Source: Candidatus Thorarchaeota archaeon
GTDB taxonomy: Archaea; Asgardarchaeota; Thorarchaeia; Thorarchaeales; Thorarchaeaceae
DNA: 64,000 nt
NCBI GenBank assembly: GCA_963726195.1
Contig: CAVSBO010000003.1
Coordinates: 576,001 to 640,000, forward strand
Reading direction: 5' to 3'
Part shown: piece by piece, positions 61,098 through 64,000 of the stretch
Layout of the letters: each line of letters opens with the position of its first letter
Position numbering within the stretch: position 1 is the first letter of the stretch
Translations under genes and position numbers: made by a program
Notes under the pieces: model-generated
The model's input: the letters and a program-made list of their open reading frames with translations, nothing else
Databases searched by the model: none
What the model was told of the DNA's origin: nothing

Positions 61098-63997
61098 ATG
61101 CAAAGAGACTGGACAAATGTCTTGAGAGCATCAATACTGCTGGTTCTCATGCTTACTGCGTCTGTGCCTGCGTTTGTCGTTCAACCGGTTGCAGCCTTGG
61201 GAGCTCATGAATCTCCGAAGATTGCAGGATCACTCGCCGCTGAGATGTCCTCGCAACCAAGCGGACAAATGCTTCCTGTCTTCATGCAGTTCCAAAACGG
61301 GACTGACCCTCAGACCATGCTGGAAGCAATCACCAAGACAACAGCGACAGGGTTCATCATCAGACACGCTTTCCATCTGATTCCGGTTGTGTCTCTCTAT
61401 GCCACAGGCGAGACAATCCGTGAAATGGCCAGCTGCATCATCGTGAACGCTCTGGGATTGGACCAGAAGTGGTACGCCTTGGACCTAGACACACCGTCAA
61501 ACTACTTGCATGTTTCCTCATCCACGGACTACCAAGGCCCTGAAGATATATTGAACGCGAACGACCTCTGGTCACAGGGTTACAACGGTACTGGTATCAA
61601 GGTAGCCATCATCGACACGGGCGTCCAGTCAACACACCCCGATTTTCAGCATTGCCTGATCGGTTTTCGTGATTTCATTAACGGTCTCGACGACATGGAT
61701 CCTTCTAACGGAATTACTGCATACGATGACAACGGCCATGGCACAGCTTGCGCTTGGCTGATTGCAGGCTCCGGTCAAGCCAGCGAAGGAGCATTCAAAG
61801 GAATAGCGCCTGGCGCCAGTCTGCTGGTTGAAAAGGCTCTCCAGAGCGATGGGACGGGAGACGACTCAGTGATAGCACAGGCAATCGAGTTTGCCGTTGA
61901 TCATAATGTAGCCGTTGTCAGCCTGAGCCTTGGCGGACCATGGCAAGACTCGAGTGTCACGGAGCCCTCAGTTCTTGCTTTGCGCAATGCAGTCGCTGCA
62001 GGAGTCACTGCAGTAGTTGCCGCGGGTAATGACGGACCTGCTCCGCTTTCCGTAGACTCTCCGGGAATCGCCGAGGAAGCGATAACCGTTGGTGCTTCAG
62101 TTGGAAATGCGACCGTCGTGTCGTTCAGCAGCCGAGGACCAGTCGAGCGCACTCTCACACAACCTATCGGACTGAGCGCAAAGCCCGACATTGTCGCCCC
62201 AGGATACAGATCGTCTCAGGAAGAGCCTCTGGGGCAAGCACAACAGAGTTTCCCTTCTATAACTCCTCACAGTACGGGACCAGTTATGCTGTCTGGTCAG
62301 GTACGTCTGCATCAGCGCCTGAAATCGCGGGCCTAGTCGCCATACTGATGAACAAGTATGTGGGACTCACCCCCGTCGAGGCCAAGGCTTTTCTTATGGC
62401 AGGAGCAACCGACCTTGGAGACGACCCGACGGCCGAAGGCTATGGGTTGGCCAACGCCTCAAAATCCTCAGAACTCATTCAAACCACCTCGCGAATAATC
62501 TCCATTCTAACCCCTCACAAGTATCCGACTCTGCCAGGGGGTGACCATGTTTACATTGTGGGTGAACAGAGAGAAGAACAAGTCGTGAGCGTCATATCGA
62601 CTGTATCACTAGGACAACTGGCGATAGTGGCTAACGGCAACGCTAGCACGTTTGTCAACCGCACCGTGAACTCGCTTGCGGTCACCGGCGGTTACACATA
62701 CTTTGGCATTAACCTCAGAATCCCTGATGGTCTGCCTCTCTCTGCAGTAGGGCACTACGTCGGTAACCTCAGTCTTGTTTCAGGCAACACGACTATTGCT
62801 TCGATGAAGCTCGATATGTGGATTACGACTTATGGCGGCCGGGTGCTCGATGACATGACACATCAATCCACTAGCGACATTGACTCTCCTTCCGATTTCC
62901 GCTACTTCGCACAGTACCTCGGAGAACAAGGAATCGAAATCACCGAGTATGGCAGTCCCACCGCCACCATACCAAGATTGATTGATTCTGAAGGACTGTC
63001 TACTGGCGAGACTTTCATGATCGCAGATACGGAGATAGATTACACGCAAAACGAGATTGCCGCGCTTCACACATTCGTCAACAATGGTGGCACGCTTCTA
63101 ATCCTGTCAGAATTCTATAACAGCACAAGCAACCAGGCTAGCTTTGCAATCGATTCGTACAACGAAATCCTCGCTCCGTACGGCATTCAATGCGAAAGGA
63201 TGCAGATAGGTGTAGGTCCGTACAACACGGGTGTCGTTTATGGCGCCGACCATGGCGGTGCTGTGAACTCTAGTCCGCTTACAGACGGGGTCAAGAATCT
63301 GTACATTCTCTATGGGAGTACGCTCTCTGTGAATCCATCAGTTTCCGGAGCACAGGGTCTCGTCTGGGTGGACGCAGGGAGAACACATGCGATTGTAGCC
63401 TCCGCTACGCATGGCCGCGGAAAGGTCATTGCCGTCTCGGACGGTTCCACACTGTATGATAGCGTGTTGTACGAGGCAATCCAAGAAGGCGCCGACAACC
63501 TTAGGCTCATTGAGAACATTGCCACGGCAGTCGTGCCACAGATGCCCCGAATATACGAGACAACGTTCAGTTATCATCGAATAGGACAAATGGCCAATGT
63601 GACCGCCTACGTATTTGACCAAGACCTTGACAACGTCAGCATAACCATCACGAAGGCAGACGGTTCGAACATCACTGCCCCAGTCATCGAATCTCTTGGA
63701 TACAGGTTCGACACATCATTCCTTCTAACTTCAGGTGGGTTCCTTGAAATAATCGTCTCGGCCACAGACAAAAGCGGAAACTCAAGAACCTACGAAGTCA
63801 TGATACTTATACCGGTGGACGTGGTCAACGACATATTCCTACAGGACGTGATTTACGTCATGCTAGGTGTGGTTGTGATTGGGCTTGCTTACGTGGGACT
63901 ACTGAAGCTGGGTTCGGGTAGGAGAATCAGCCGCAGAGCGGAAGAAGCATGGGAAGTGCCGGTTGAGGGTGGAGGATCGCCCCCATCTATCCAATAG
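61098..63997 (+). CDS. Membrane-anchored S8 protease with Site-1 protease (SKI-1/MBTPS1)-like architecture (frameshift at ~62208)
   Basis: Signal peptide, I9-like prodomain, IIDTG, DDNGHGT, AAGNDGP, FSSRGP, KPDIVAPG and WSGTSASAP (restored). A GATase-like (DUF4350/IFT52-type) domain and a C-terminal TM follow. Confidence 0.88.
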
Positions 63998-64000
63998 GAC

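Noticed and set aside
1949-62350. Split genes as pseudogenes or programmed frameshifts
   Set aside because: Each break is a single-base indel with intact catalytic motifs on both sides and no consistent slippery site. The breaks hit the conserved dnaJ, so sequencing error is more parsimonious.
180-63622. Numerous short antisense or alternate-frame ORFs in the track (e.g. 9459-10244, 23913-24674, 30904-31602, 33669-34289, 50575-50853)
   Set aside because: They overlap well-supported genes and have shadow-ORF composition without motifs.
1-64000. rRNA, tRNA, transposases, CRISPR arrays
   Set aside because: None recognised. Intergenic spaces are short and show no cloverleaf, terminal inverted repeats or repeat-spacer patterns.

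Overview
Gene-dense archaeal chromosome segment with no rRNA, tRNA, CRISPR array or recognisable mobile element. Two roadblock/LC7 proteins, RadA- and FEN1-type repair genes, a bacterial-type grpE-dnaK-dnaJ cluster and very large membrane-anchored surface proteins suggest an Asgard archaeon, possibly Thorarchaeia-like (inference). Housekeeping genes include glmS, a RimK-type ligase, an ABC exporter, a gamma-CA, an FAD oxidoreductase, a sirtuin, a CitG-like protein and glyoxylate reductase. Main points of interest: (1) a tightly coupled ~15.8 kb, 15-gene + strand operon (17734-33557). It combines three RecA-fold paralogs, an Fe-S XPD/Rad3 helicase, a Hel308/Ski2 helicase with an inserted SWIM finger, a FEN1-type nuclease with a PIP box, a membrane-anchored HerA/VirB4/CedB-like ATPase with degenerate Walker motifs, and several unknown membrane proteins. 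It is a candidate membrane-linked DNA uptake/recombination-repair system. (2) A membrane-anchored subtilase (61098-63997) whose whole architecture resembles eukaryotic Site-1 protease (SKI-1/MBTPS1). (3) A ~2600 aa prenyltransferase-repeat/Ig-like surface protein flanked by two paralogous Lrp-like proteins. (4) An EamA-like transporter fused to a RAM domain, a GH3 acyl-amido synthetase and several apparent pseudoenzymes. About 14 single-base frameshifts, including one in dnaJ, most likely reflect long-read sequencing errors. All family calls come from motif recognition by eye, not database searches.
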